From the NCBI RefSeq assembly GCF_003918875.1, contig NW_025766998.1, forward strand, positions 806,001 to 870,000: a DNA stretch of 64,000 bases, in the 5' to 3' direction. This document shows positions 1-11,143 of the stretch, one piece after another (the first letter of the stretch is position 1; each line of letters starts with the position of its first letter). The stretch is from Haliotis rubra (Eukaryota). Made by a program: the position numbers and the translations under genes. The notes beneath the pieces were generated by a model that was given only the letters and a program-made list of their open reading frames with translations, did not search any database and was not told the origin of the DNA.

Positions 1-115
1 CCTGGGTTCGAGTCCCCACATGGGTACAATGTGTGAATCCCATTTCTGGTGTCCCCCTGCCGTGATATTGCTGGAATATTGCTAAAAGTGGCGTAAAACC
101 ATACTCAGTCAGTCA
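1..115 (+). mobile_element. SINE family A (tRNA-derived), 5' end cut by window edge
   Basis: B-box GGTTCGAGTCCC, then family A body (CATGGGTACAATGTGTGAA..CCCATTTCTGGTGTCCCC) and tail GATATTGCTGGAATATTGCTAAAAG..GGCGTAAAAC..(ACTC/AGTC)n shared with many other copies in the window. Confidence 0.85.
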
Positions 116-785
116 GGTGTACATGAAAGTACCAATGTAAACAAAATAATGGTGTTTTGTCACCAAACTTTTCTGGTTAGGTATTCAAGAACAATTCCTT
201 GTCATGTCATAATCTTTATATGATAATTTCCTTTAATGATAAATGAATATTTAATATGGATATGTAAAGGACAGTTTTGAAGTTTATGACTGTTATTCAG
301 ATGTTTTGTGGTTTATTTGGCTGTAAGAATAAAATTTAAACTTTAACATAAACATCAGTAAGATGCTAAAGTTTGAGGATGAATAATTAGGCCAATATTG
401 AAGTCCTGTGAAAATGGGGAACTATGCTTGTCTGCAATAAACTGAATATTACAGAGTAGATATTCCATCTATTGTAGCATAATGAATACATTAGCCAGAG
501 TCTGTTTATAAATCTGATGAGATGGCTTTAATACTTGATGTATTGTGGGCGTACGACAGTTACATGTAGATGTGCCCTCTGCCTTGATAAGTAGGTCATG
601 CTCGCGGGTGTTGTATGCATCAAGCAAGCCTCATTAGCACCTGCTGCGGAGACCAGGTATGTACACCTTGAAAACATTGCATCCAAACAATACCTCATTA
701 CAAATAGCAGAACAACTGACATTGTGTTGATCCAAAGATGTGGCTGTCGTCACTGTGATGTTGCCCTTGAGACAGGTGCAGCAAC

Positions 786-851
786 TGTGTGTGTGTGTGT
801 GTGTGTGTGTGAGATGTGGACCAGATATAAGAGTGTGTGTGTGTGTGTGTG
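786..851. repeat. (GT)n microsatellites
   Basis: Two TG dinucleotide runs read directly. Confidence 0.9.
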
Positions 852-1320
852 AGAGTAAAGAGTTGTAGCGTACAGTTACCTGGTTAACTCAACTGCTTGT
901 ACGGTCAGACGTGTTGCTTAGTGTTATTATTTTAACAAGTACATCAGTGGTGTGTGAGTGACTTGTGTACAAGCAATTAATCCCAACCCATGTTCAGTAC
1001 ACAATTATAGAACATGGCTAGGCATGTTCAATTCTTACCTGGTTATCTCAGCTACAGGTACAGTCACACGTGTTTGTGGATAAGTGAGTAGAAATTAATC
1101 CCAACCCATGTTTATTAAAATGTCCCCACGCTGGACAATTGTAGGACACGGCTATCCATGTTGACTGTTACAATTAAATATGTCTTACTTCTGAGAGGCA
1201 ATATATTCAGGGCTAATTTCTGTACAGTCATTGTGATGATATATAAATATCGTTTGTGATTTAGATCACACTGTTAACCCACCTTATCCCAACTAATCCA
1301 ACAGGATTAGCCCTCGTCAG

Positions 1321-1565
1321 CAGGGCTGGACATAACTTAAAAATTGCTAGTGTACTTCGGTACAGTGGCACATGTAAAACCACTTGCCCTGATAATTTTC
1401 CCACTATACTGTCCGGTTTCCTTGTTGATTTTTAAAGTAAACAACATAATTAACATTGGAAAGTCAGCTGGACACCGGTACAGCGTGATATACGAATTTG
1501 CTTGCCCAACACAAAAAAAACAACACTGGACTCGGACGTTGGGCAGTGGGTTATTTCCATCCCTG
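1321..1565 (+). mobile_element. MITE family M1 (CAGGG termini, 5-bp TSD; hAT5-like)
   Basis: TIR CAGGGCTGGACATAAC / GTTATTTCCATCCCTG, TSD GTCAG (1316-1320, 1566-1570); homologous copies at 33641-33879 and 43507-43747. Confidence 0.85.
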
Positions 1566-1869
1566 GTCAGGGTAATGGACAGAGGGGTTGCCTGAGGGTT
1601 AACTCATCTGAAGATCCACCTTCCATTCCTAAATGGAATCCCATCAGCCTTCAAATTCATTTTAGTCGGATACAACAGGACTACTATTGAAAGTACTAAA
1701 TTGTGCTTAGAAAATAAGCCAGTGATGGTAAGTCCTCAATGAATTATGGCCCTGTAATTCTGCGCCAGTTTTTAGTGCTCCAACTGAAATTGATTTAAAC
1801 ATCTGATATATAATGTCTTCACTTGTAGTCCAGCGGATAATGGTATAATTATGCATTTTAATGTTACAA

Positions 1870-2930
1870 GCATGAAAATTGGCAGATATGTTGCTTATAC
1901 AAAAAAAATAAGATACAGATAGGGAGGCATTGAAAATTCAAGATGGCCACCATTTTTCACTCAAAATTACACCGTCAGTGACTTAGATTCCATGTAAATT
2001 CCAGACTTTTCATACAAGATGGATGAATTAGGGCAGATATGATGCTTTTACTATAAATATAATATACTGATAGGGAGACATTGAAAATTCAAGATGGCCG
2101 CCATTTTTCAAGATGGCCACCATTTTTCACTCAAAATTACACCGTCAGTGACTTAGATTCCATGTAAATTCCAGACTTTTCATACAAGATGCATGAATTA
2201 GGGCAGATATGATGCTTGTACTATAAATATAATATACTGATAGAGAGACATTGAAAATTCAAGATGGCCACCATTTTTCACTCAAAATTACACCGTCAGT
2301 GACTTAGATTCCATGTAAATTCCAGACTTTTCATACAAGATGCATGAATTAGGGCAGATATGATGCTTGTACTATAAAAATTAGATACAGATAGGGAGAC
2401 ATTGAAAATTCAAGATGGCCACCATTTTTCAAGATGGCCACCATTTTCCACTCAAAATTGCACCGTTAGAGACTTAGATTCAATGTATATTACACAATTT
2501 TCATACAATATGCATGAAATTTGGCAGTTATGTTGCTTGTACCATGAAGATAATATACAGAGAGGGAGGCATTGAAAATTTAAGATGGCCGCCATATTTC
2601 AAGAAGGCCGCCATTTTTCACTCAAAATTACACCGTTAGAGACTTATATTTAATGTATATTCCACAATTTTCACACAATATGCATGAAATTTGCCAGTTA
2701 TGTTGCTTGTACTATGAAGATAATATAGAGGGAGAGGGATAAGAGGGAGACATTGAATATTCAAGATGGCCACCATTTTCCACTCAAATTACACCATCAG
2801 AGACTTAGATTCAATGTCAATTCCACAATTTTCATATAATATACATGGAATTTGGCAGATAAATGTATGTTGCTTGTACCATTCGATACATGTCGAAACA
2901 TTGAAAACCTTAATTGGCCACCATTTTCCA
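1870..2930. repeat. Subterminal tandem array of the transposon (~151/170-bp unit, ~6-7 copies)
   Basis: GATAGGGAGRCATTGAAAATTCAAGATGGCCACCATTTT recurs at about 1918, 2069, 2239, 2390, 2560 and 2745. Confidence 0.9.
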
Positions 2931-3028
2931 TGAGACTGGGAGTCAGCGTAAACCTAATCCAGATTCCCATGAATAATATTCATCTGGGGATTTCTTCACT
3001 TACCTACTCAGAGCAACATATGACCACA

Positions 3029-6000
3029 TTATTGGGCACAGTCTCCACCACAAAGACACAGTGCAGTGCACTTGAGGGCAGCTTTGAGACACTTGCATCT
3101 GCCACAACATCCTTTGGTGCAGCGACACTTCAACAGTTCTTGACAGGTCTTTGACACGTCTGGTATTGTTGACCATAAGGGCTCCCACATGTTGGATGCA
3201 TTGCGTTGCCAACCCATTTGGATGGATCAGGCAGATCAGGACAACGGATGGTTGACTGTCCCCATATATGTCCTCCCTGATAAACTGCTCTCTTAACATG
3301 TTCTTTGAAAGCTGCAGATGTTGGAGGTATATTTTCTATTGCTCTACCCTTCGAAGAGAACATGTACTTTCTTGCTTCGTTCAGGTTCACATGGTCACTT
3401 GTTCTTTCATACATCAATATTGTGAAACGTTCAAGTGTGCTGATCAAAGAATCTGTAACTTTATCAGGATGCTTGGACAGACATTCAAATGCATCAGTTG
3501 CCTCCTCGAGATGAAACCAGACTTGCCAAGCTTTCTTTTACCACATCCACTGAAGGAAGATACAGTATCACATCCTGTGAAACTGTGGAAGAGAGGAGGC
3601 ACAGTGATTTCCTTGGACCTAATGAAGCCGCTATTTCATGTGCAGGTATGTAGTGGAACTGTTTTCCTGTACCAAAGGCAAGCCACACTTCTGAGATATC
3701 AAGAACTGCTGCTGATGAAATGGCTAACACAACAACATCTGTGTCCACTGTTCTTATCATAAATCGCAGGAATCCTCTCTTGTTGGCTTCTGACAAGTGC
3801 AGTATCATCCTGGTATCTGCTTCTTCATGGCTGCATGGTGAGAGATCTGAAACATCATATGGCTTATTTGAGAGAGCTGTTTCATTCACAGTACTGATGA
3901 TCAGTTTGTCAGTATTGGTTTTCATGGCTTCTTTTCCAAGAAACTGGAACAATTCTGTTTTGATGTTGTCACTTCTAAGAAACTCTTTCCAGTTGTGAGG
4001 AATGAAGGAATGTGGTTCAACTCGCCTTCTCTGTCCATGGCCTCTCCTACTTCTTGCACTCGCCTTTTGACTATCTGTCTTGTACACATCCCAGACAATA
4101 TCAAGTCTTGTTGTGTTTTCCAGCTGGTTTTCCAGATACTTAGTAAACACTCCCTCACTGAAAGATGAAAATGTCTTATGTTCTCCAGGTTTCATCATAT
4201 TCACAACTGCTGCTCCATCTAGTATTGTTACCTCAACGTCTGGTCTGTTCACTGTGGGACAGGAAACATCTTCCAGGCACTGAAGAAGCTGTGATTTAAC
4301 AGATGATCGAAGCATACCAAGATGTGAGAGTGATGGTGGACAAGTTTGATTCTCATGCTTGAAAAACTCATCTAAATTGCCTTCTCTAGTTTGACAGGAT
4401 ATGTAAAGGCTGAGAGAGAACAGACTACAGTCATTCTTTAGGCTGACAACTTGCATCTTTGAGGATGACTGTGATTTTATTTGAGGTGATGACAAAAGTG
4501 ACAGTTTGTTCTTCTTGATAGGTTCTGAAAGTGCAATACCTTTGATGAACCGCTCCTTGACAAAGTCTTCATATTGATCTCTCCCAAGGCGTTCAATTTT
4601 ATTCAGAGTTTCTACAACAGCTGATGCAGCAATGTCCCTTGTTGATATTACAAGAAGATCATGTCCATGCTCAAGAAAAGGACTTCCAAACTCTCTGATT
4701 ACATCTGTAAGAGTACTAACATCTGTGTAAAATGATTCTTGCATTCCTCTACTCTGTTCATGGTGTGAAACAGAAGAAATACTTTGAACATTCAAAGAGG
4801 CATCAAATTCTTCAAGAATTCTGTTCACTTCTGGACCGCCAACTGTCCATCTTCTCAAGGCAGATGCATTCTCTGTAAGACCGATGGCACCTCCATCACC
4901 TTTTACGCTTGCATTATTCTGTTCATGAGCATGATCCAATGGGATTGCAGAATAAGCCCCTCTGTCTTGTGAACAACAAAATTCCCTTTCTTGAACTCTT
5001 CAGTTGTGTTTGGATGAATATGACTGAGATTCTTCAGGTCTCGAATATGCACTGGCATCCATCTTGCATAGTTTGTGTGGTCAAAGGCAAACATCCACGG
5101 TGTCATGGCTTCTAGAAGTCTGATATACTCACAGAAGTTTCCGCTTCTTAAACATCCAACAAATGACAAGAGCAATAGTTCCAAGTTAAGAACCATCAAC
5201 CAGAAGTGGAATGTTGGGGATATCTTCGATCTGGTGTTGATCCAGTCTTCAAATGTTGCTGAAGATTTTCCATGAGCCTCAAGAAGAAGATGATAAAGTG
5301 CACAAGCAGTGACTTCATGTGCTCGTCTAGTCCTTCTGACATGTGATCCTCGAAAGGAACGAATCAGCTTTGCCAGAAGATGCAATCTGGGCTGCAACTA
5401 TCATATCTGTCCATCCACTGTCCATGAGCCAGTTTCCCAACACTTTCAGAAACGCCATCTCTATATGCAGTCCTCCCATCATTATTATCATCTTGTCCTC
5501 ACCATGTGTTGCTGGATACTGCCACTGTATCTGCTTCATTGTGGCAAACAATGGTTGGTCTGCAGCTATGACTGGAGTTTGTCCGGGATTGAGGTAAGAT
5601 GTTGCCTGTGTAATCACATCCATGCCATGTTTCAACATTGCAGCAGAGTCCGTGATTTTCTGTGAAAAGTGGAAGGAGAGAAGAAATGGACTTGATGATC
5701 TGATCTGAATGTTGCTTCTTTGCATGGTAAACAGCCCATGAAACATCAGGATGATCAGCATGCCTTTCTTTAATTAGTGTGTCCACATGTGTTAACCACC
5801 TGAAAACAATAGAAATGAGCCTTGAATATTTTTTTTATGTTCAATTATCATGCATACTGTGTGTGGATATGTATATACGGTATATAAAGGTGAAAGTTTG
5901 ATCAAGTTTACAGTCTTCACAGTGACAAGTTAAGAAGTAAAGGAAGTTTTCCTACTTTTACCAATTAAGATGTCAGGGAGTATTTATATGATATTTAAAT

Positions 6001-7840
6001 TATTAGAAGGTTGAAGAAGCTTATGATAATTGAAACATAATTTAGGTTTTTTCTGAAAGAACTTAACTTGACTTACTCATTTTCTTGCTGCATGAAGTCA
6101 TCAAGTTTCACAGCTGTAGAAGCATGATAGCATGGTGTCTTTGGACAGGATGAAACATCTTTCTTCAGGATAACTGGTGGAACCTCTTCATAAAAAGCAG
6201 GCAGCTGTCTCACAGATTTTGACTGTGGTTTGGAGTTTACTTCTAAAGGTTTCATTCTGTCAACCCCTTGATTGTCTTTACTTGGATGTTGAAAGATGGA
6301 TATGCCTGTACCATGAAAGGACCCTTGTGCAGTTGTTGAGCTTGGGTTGTGATCAATGTTGTCTATTGCTGATGTTGTGAAGAGGTTGAATTTGAGTTTT
6401 GATGGGCAGACAACTTGTTCCTCAATGTATCTCCTGCATGCTGCATTAGCCACCTCTGTGGAAACCTCCAACACTCTGTCATATGATGCAGACATTCCAA
6501 AGTCATACATGAAGTCAATCAAGTCTCTCTTTTCCGTGTCTTGGCATGAAGTGTCATTCCAATATACAAGGGAAGTGGTGTCTCTCGATCCTTGTTGTGC
6601 GAAGGGATGTAGTTCCTTCCTTTATGCGTTTACTACAGTTGTAAACAAGTAGCTGAGAAAGTGATAAGGCAGTTTGTTTCCTAGCAGTTGTCTGTGAATT
6701 AGGGGTTGTTCCTTCCAGAATCATTTCAACAAGAGAAAGTAGAGAGTGTGGAATAGACTCTGTCTGGCAGTTTACATCAAACGCTCCTGCAAAAGGTTTG
6801 TGTGTCATTGCCAAAATGTCCTTTCTCACAAGCTGAGCTGCTTTACAGAGTATCTGACCTTTATCATCAAAGTCCTGATCATGAACGGTTCTCAGAGCTT
6901 CCCCTACATGTTCTGTGAAGACCAAAAGTGTTTCCCTTCCACTTGAATGAGCTTGGAGATCTGGAAACTCATCTAGTAACTTGTTCTTCAGTCTTGTGCT
7001 GTGAATGTCATATTTCAGGCCATGATATTTCAAATAGCTTGAATACACTTTAGACAGTGTTGACAGTTTCAGTACAGGGAGATTTTCTTGTCTACATTCG
7101 TCAACATATTGTTTAGGCTGAGCCTAAAGCTAAACCTTCTTTAAGTCTTTGGGAATGACTGATATCATCTGACTGTATAAGTTCCCTCGCTTTGGGTTGC
7201 TTTTCTGTATAAATTGGAAAGACATCTCGGGTGATATTTTGCATCCTGTGCCATCAAATCCCTAGTACTGAGCTTAGCTAACAGCTGACTATCTTGCAAC
7301 TTCAAAGCACATTCACGCATTACGTTTGTCAACTTGAAAGGTTGATACACACCTTAACTCTGATTGCAGTCCTGACTGCTCACAAACAAAGCAAAGGTTG
7401 CCGTTATCTGCAGTTTTGTTCCTGTCATGAGGTGAACTTCTTACAACTTTACTTTCACAATGTTGTGATGGGGAAAGGCAGTCACCGCATTTACTGTTTG
7501 AAGTTTCAAATTCATTGGACAATCGTCTTTTCTTTGCCCTCTGCAGCATGTTATTGTTGAATTTGAGACTACATGACTTGTGCCAGCGTGCTCTGTGAGA
7601 TTCAAAGGTGGTGAAAATATTCATAACACCTCCAAAACAACTCAAATTTATGTCCATTGGCAGCTGTCCAAGTTCAGAAAAGACTTGTAAATTACTAGCC
7701 ATTGTATGCGTAACCCGTTTCCTGGTTGGTTCTTAGCATTGGCAGGGCAGATAACAGGATCATTTGTGCATTTCTGGCAAAATACACACAAACTCAATCC
7801 ATCTTGGAAGCATCTGTGGATTGTGTTTGACTAGTCATCA
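3029..7840 (-). pseudogene. Academ transposase/XPG-like nuclease/Cys-rich protein, multiply frameshifted in this sequence
   Basis: Collinear minus-strand ORF pieces with motifs AQDAKYHPRC, AIDNIDHNP, AADQPLF, MGGLHIEM, DHTNYARW, DHAHEQNN, ILDGAAVV, DIVWDVY, SHEEADTRMILH, RTVDTDVVVLA, IPPTSAA..HVKRA and CRCTKGCCGRCKC..CTALCLC. One intron at 6076..5800 (GTAAGT..TTTCAG) joins ENE/WLTHVDTL in frame. Confidence 0.8.
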
Positions 7841-9519
7841 TCCACGGAATCTGGAAAATAATAAAGCTAAAGCTGGAGAAATGACCAAAATAATAATTAA
7901 TTTCATGACATGATAGTATGAACTGTCCTTGTCATAACCTAATCCTCATGATTGATATTTTGAGAATTTGAATAACTTATGAACCTGCTGTATTTATATT
8001 GATAAAAGAAATATTACACTAATTAGTTATTATCATGGACATGATTTGAACTTGTACACCTAGATGATTTTGAAATCTGCAGCTAAAATTTTCCAAATAA
8101 CAGTGACATTATTTTGTTTATAAACCATTCTGTCTTTAGAAAATAAACCACATATGGCTTTTACTTAATTGGTAGTGAAATACCATCAAAACTGTAATTC
8201 AACAAACATTTTCAACAGAAGTCCCCTCCATCTAAAGAAATAAGATCAGTGGAAGGGAAGTATTATTACACGTAAAATTCTACATAGCCTGTGATACCAT
8301 TATTTTTAAAAATACCAAGTAATCTGAATGATGTAAATTGGGTATTTGTTTGTTTTAGACAATTCTGAAACTATATACCAATCAAGAAGATATACATTAT
8401 TTGTCTTGTCAAGTATTTAATGTCCCTGCAACTTGTTAGTGATGAAACCCCTAGGTGTCCCTTGCACATAACTAACACAGTGAAAAGAGTTTTACTCACC
8501 ATTCATGTCTCCTCAGCAACAATGAACATTCTTCTTGCCATGTTGGTAAAATGAATGTAAAATTTTCCAATTATACAGGACTATTTGACTGATTACATCA
8601 TTGTAACCTTGACTGATGACATGATAGCAAAGTCATAACAAAGGGGAGATCACTCTCACTTCACCTCATTTCTAGTACTTTCCACACAACAAATAACAGT
8701 GGCTCAATATTTAACAATATTTTTTTGGAGCTTCATACAAAAATAATAAAACATATTTTTGAGTGCCTCCCTATCTGAAACATGTTAGAATATTATTTTC
8801 TTAGTAATTTAACTAAAATTTCACTTGTAACATGTAAATGCACAATTGCATACAAATCATGCCATTATCCGCTGGACTATTGTTCCTGGTTGGTTCTGAA
8901 ACCTCTTGTAACATTTTTGGAACAATGTTTCAATTTGATTGTTGGGTTGCAGTTTCCTTGTATGTTGTAATAATCTGAGACAGTATAAACATATTCGAAG
9001 ACAATGAAGATGGCTCTTGTCCGAATGGCAGCTTCATCGTTGAATGTAATTTGTCAGGCTGTCGTGCAGATAACAATACTGAGTTAGGGCAGGATGTTTG
9101 TGACTGTAAACCATTGACCTGTTCCTGCTACAACATGGAAACTGTTGTTGACACACTCCTCTTCCCACTGTGGGAGAGGCAGGTCCTGGTGTCAAAGTGA
9201 ATATATCTACGTATCTATGTATGTCTTAGCTTGTTTCTCTCTGAACATTAGTTGAATTTGGGTAAGTTTCCATTTTCTTTGGTTTATACAGCAATAGCAG
9301 TCTATTTATGTTGTTTATTTACATGATTGGTGTTGACCCGTTAGCGTCGAGGCTGCTCCTCCATGACTTTGTTGTGTATACTACACAAAAGAAGTTAAGG
9401 ACCATCCCAATATTTCGTATTGATAAAGTTGATCTGTCGTGGCAGATTGACTGCAGTAATATAAGAGAAATGAATTCTGAATTTCTAGTAGATAAATATG
9501 ATAGAAATGTGGCCTGGGT

Positions 9520-9735
9520 TTTGGGTGGTTGGTTTTATGCCACTCGGCAATATTCCATCTTTATGGCGGCGGTCTGTAAATAATCGTGTCTGGGCCAGAC
9601 AATCCAGTGATCAACAAAATGAGCACCGATCTATGCAATTGGGAACCAATGACATGTGTCGACAAAGTCAGCAAGCCTGACCACCCGATTCCGTTAGTCA
9701 CCTCTTACAACAAGCATGGGTTGCCGATGATCAGT
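9520..9735 (-). mobile_element. SINE-like family B
   Basis: Matches other copies (CCAGACAATCCAGTGATCAAC..GTCAGCAAGCCTGACCACCCGAT..CGTTAGTC..CTCTTAC.ACAAGCATGGGTTG). Confidence 0.75.
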
Positions 9736-10206
9736 TAATGGCTTATGATCTTTAAACTGTCCCAAAAGTATTTACATCGTACTGAATGTATACATGAGAA
9801 CCTCTGTGTGAATGACCCTGTAGTAAACATTTGCCCCATTGTCTAAGACAAGGTCTTGTAATGGCTTCATCATGTTTCTGTTCAGCTGGTTGTACCAGGA
9901 CTGACTGTAGACCCAGCATCCCACCACTGGTGACAGCTTGCAGTGAAAGTATTTATTCCTGGGACCTTTAATCAACATGTTAGTGGTCTGAAGGCTGATA
10001 CTAGTTAATGTTGATCTGGCTAAACTTCAGCAAATGGGTTACCGTTAAAGTCTACTGGCAGAGGGATAAGCTCAGGCAAGTTGATACCATGAGAGTCATA
10101 GACACCAGAATGTGACATGAGATCAAGCTCTGTAGCTACAAACATTCTCAAAATTAAAAAATATTCCTAAGTGTAGAATATGTTGAGGATTTCCTATGTG
10201 TTACTT

Positions 10207-10302
10207 GTGTGAAGCCCATTTCTGGTGTTCCCCGCCGTTATGTTGCCGGAATATTGCTAAAAGCGGCGGCGTAAAACTAAATTCATTCACTCACTCACTC
10301 CA
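10207..10302 (+). mobile_element. SINE family A, 5'-truncated
   Basis: Family A body and tail; 11-bp TSD ATGTGTTACTT (10196-10206, 10303-10313). Confidence 0.85.
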
Positions 10303-10438
10303 ATGTGTTACTTAAGTGTAACAATTTTGTTGATGTTGGTTGTGTTATTGCCTGGTGATGTTGAGATATGTCGTTGTGAGATTTAGTTGTTGACATCTGG
10401 CATGTAACACACTTACTAATGGTAAGATGTGTATAAAA

Positions 10439-10579
10439 GGAGTGTATATTGTTAGGGACTGTGTATGTTGCAGGGAGTGTTCATTGTTAGGGACTGTGTA
10501 TGTTGCAGGGAGTGTTTATTGTTAGGGACTGTGTATGTTGCAGGGAGTGTTTATTGTTAGGGATGGTGTATGTTGCAGG
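10439..10579. repeat. 35-bp minisatellite, ~4 copies
   Basis: Unit GGAGTGTTTATTGTTAGGGACTGTGTATGTTGCAG. Confidence 0.85.
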
Positions 10580-10883
10580 AATTTTTCAGTGAACACAGGG
10601 GAATGTTCATTTTCGGGGGAGGTGGTTGGAAAGAGTGTGTAGCTGAGCGTTTATTATAAGAGGGACTATGCATTGCAGGAAGTATTCATGTACTATGGAC
10701 CCTGAGTAAGTCAACTGTTGACAGTTTTAGACCTGCAATATATTCACATACATGTAATAGCATCAGGAAGAAAGAACTGCATTATCTGTGGTGGCCACGG
10801 AACTAATTCACCATCAAAAACAAGAGATTGTATGTTTATCTGGTATAGCTTTGCAATTCCAAATAATTTTCTAAGTAAATATC

Positions 10884-11054
10884 GGGTGGTGGGGTAGCCT
10901 AGTGGTTAAAGCATCAGCTTGTCATGCCGAAGACCCCGGGTTCAATTCCCCAAATGGGTACAATGTGTGAAGTCCATTTCTGGTGCCCCCAACCTTGAAA
11001 TTGCTGGAATATTGCTAAAAATGGCATAAAACTAAACTAAACTAAACTCACTCA
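10884..11054 (+). mobile_element. SINE family A, full length
   Basis: A box TAGCCTAGTGG, B box GGTTCAATTCC, tail; TSD AAGTAAATATC / AAGTAAGTATC. Confidence 0.85.
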
Positions 11055-11143
11055 AAGTAAGTATCACAAATTAAGAGGATGTTTGTTGTAACCTGAACTG
11101 TTTCTGTCTTCAGGGATCCTCTGACGGTGCTGCCAACGCGGAA

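Larger units (their letters stand above)
1826..8879 (-). mobile_element. Full-length Academ-type (AcademX-like) DNA transposon, 7054 bp
   Basis: Perfect 18-bp TIR TAGTCCAGCGGATAATGG (1826-1843) / CCATTATCCGCTGGACTA (8862-8879), extending imperfectly to ~110 bp; 3-bp TSD TTG (1823-1825, 8880-8882); encodes transposase + XPG/FEN1-like nuclease + Cys-rich C-terminus, the described Academ architecture. Confidence 0.85.

Noticed and set aside
3268-7560. Plus-strand ORFs within the transposon
   Set aside because: Antisense shadows of the minus-strand transposase gene, with no motifs.
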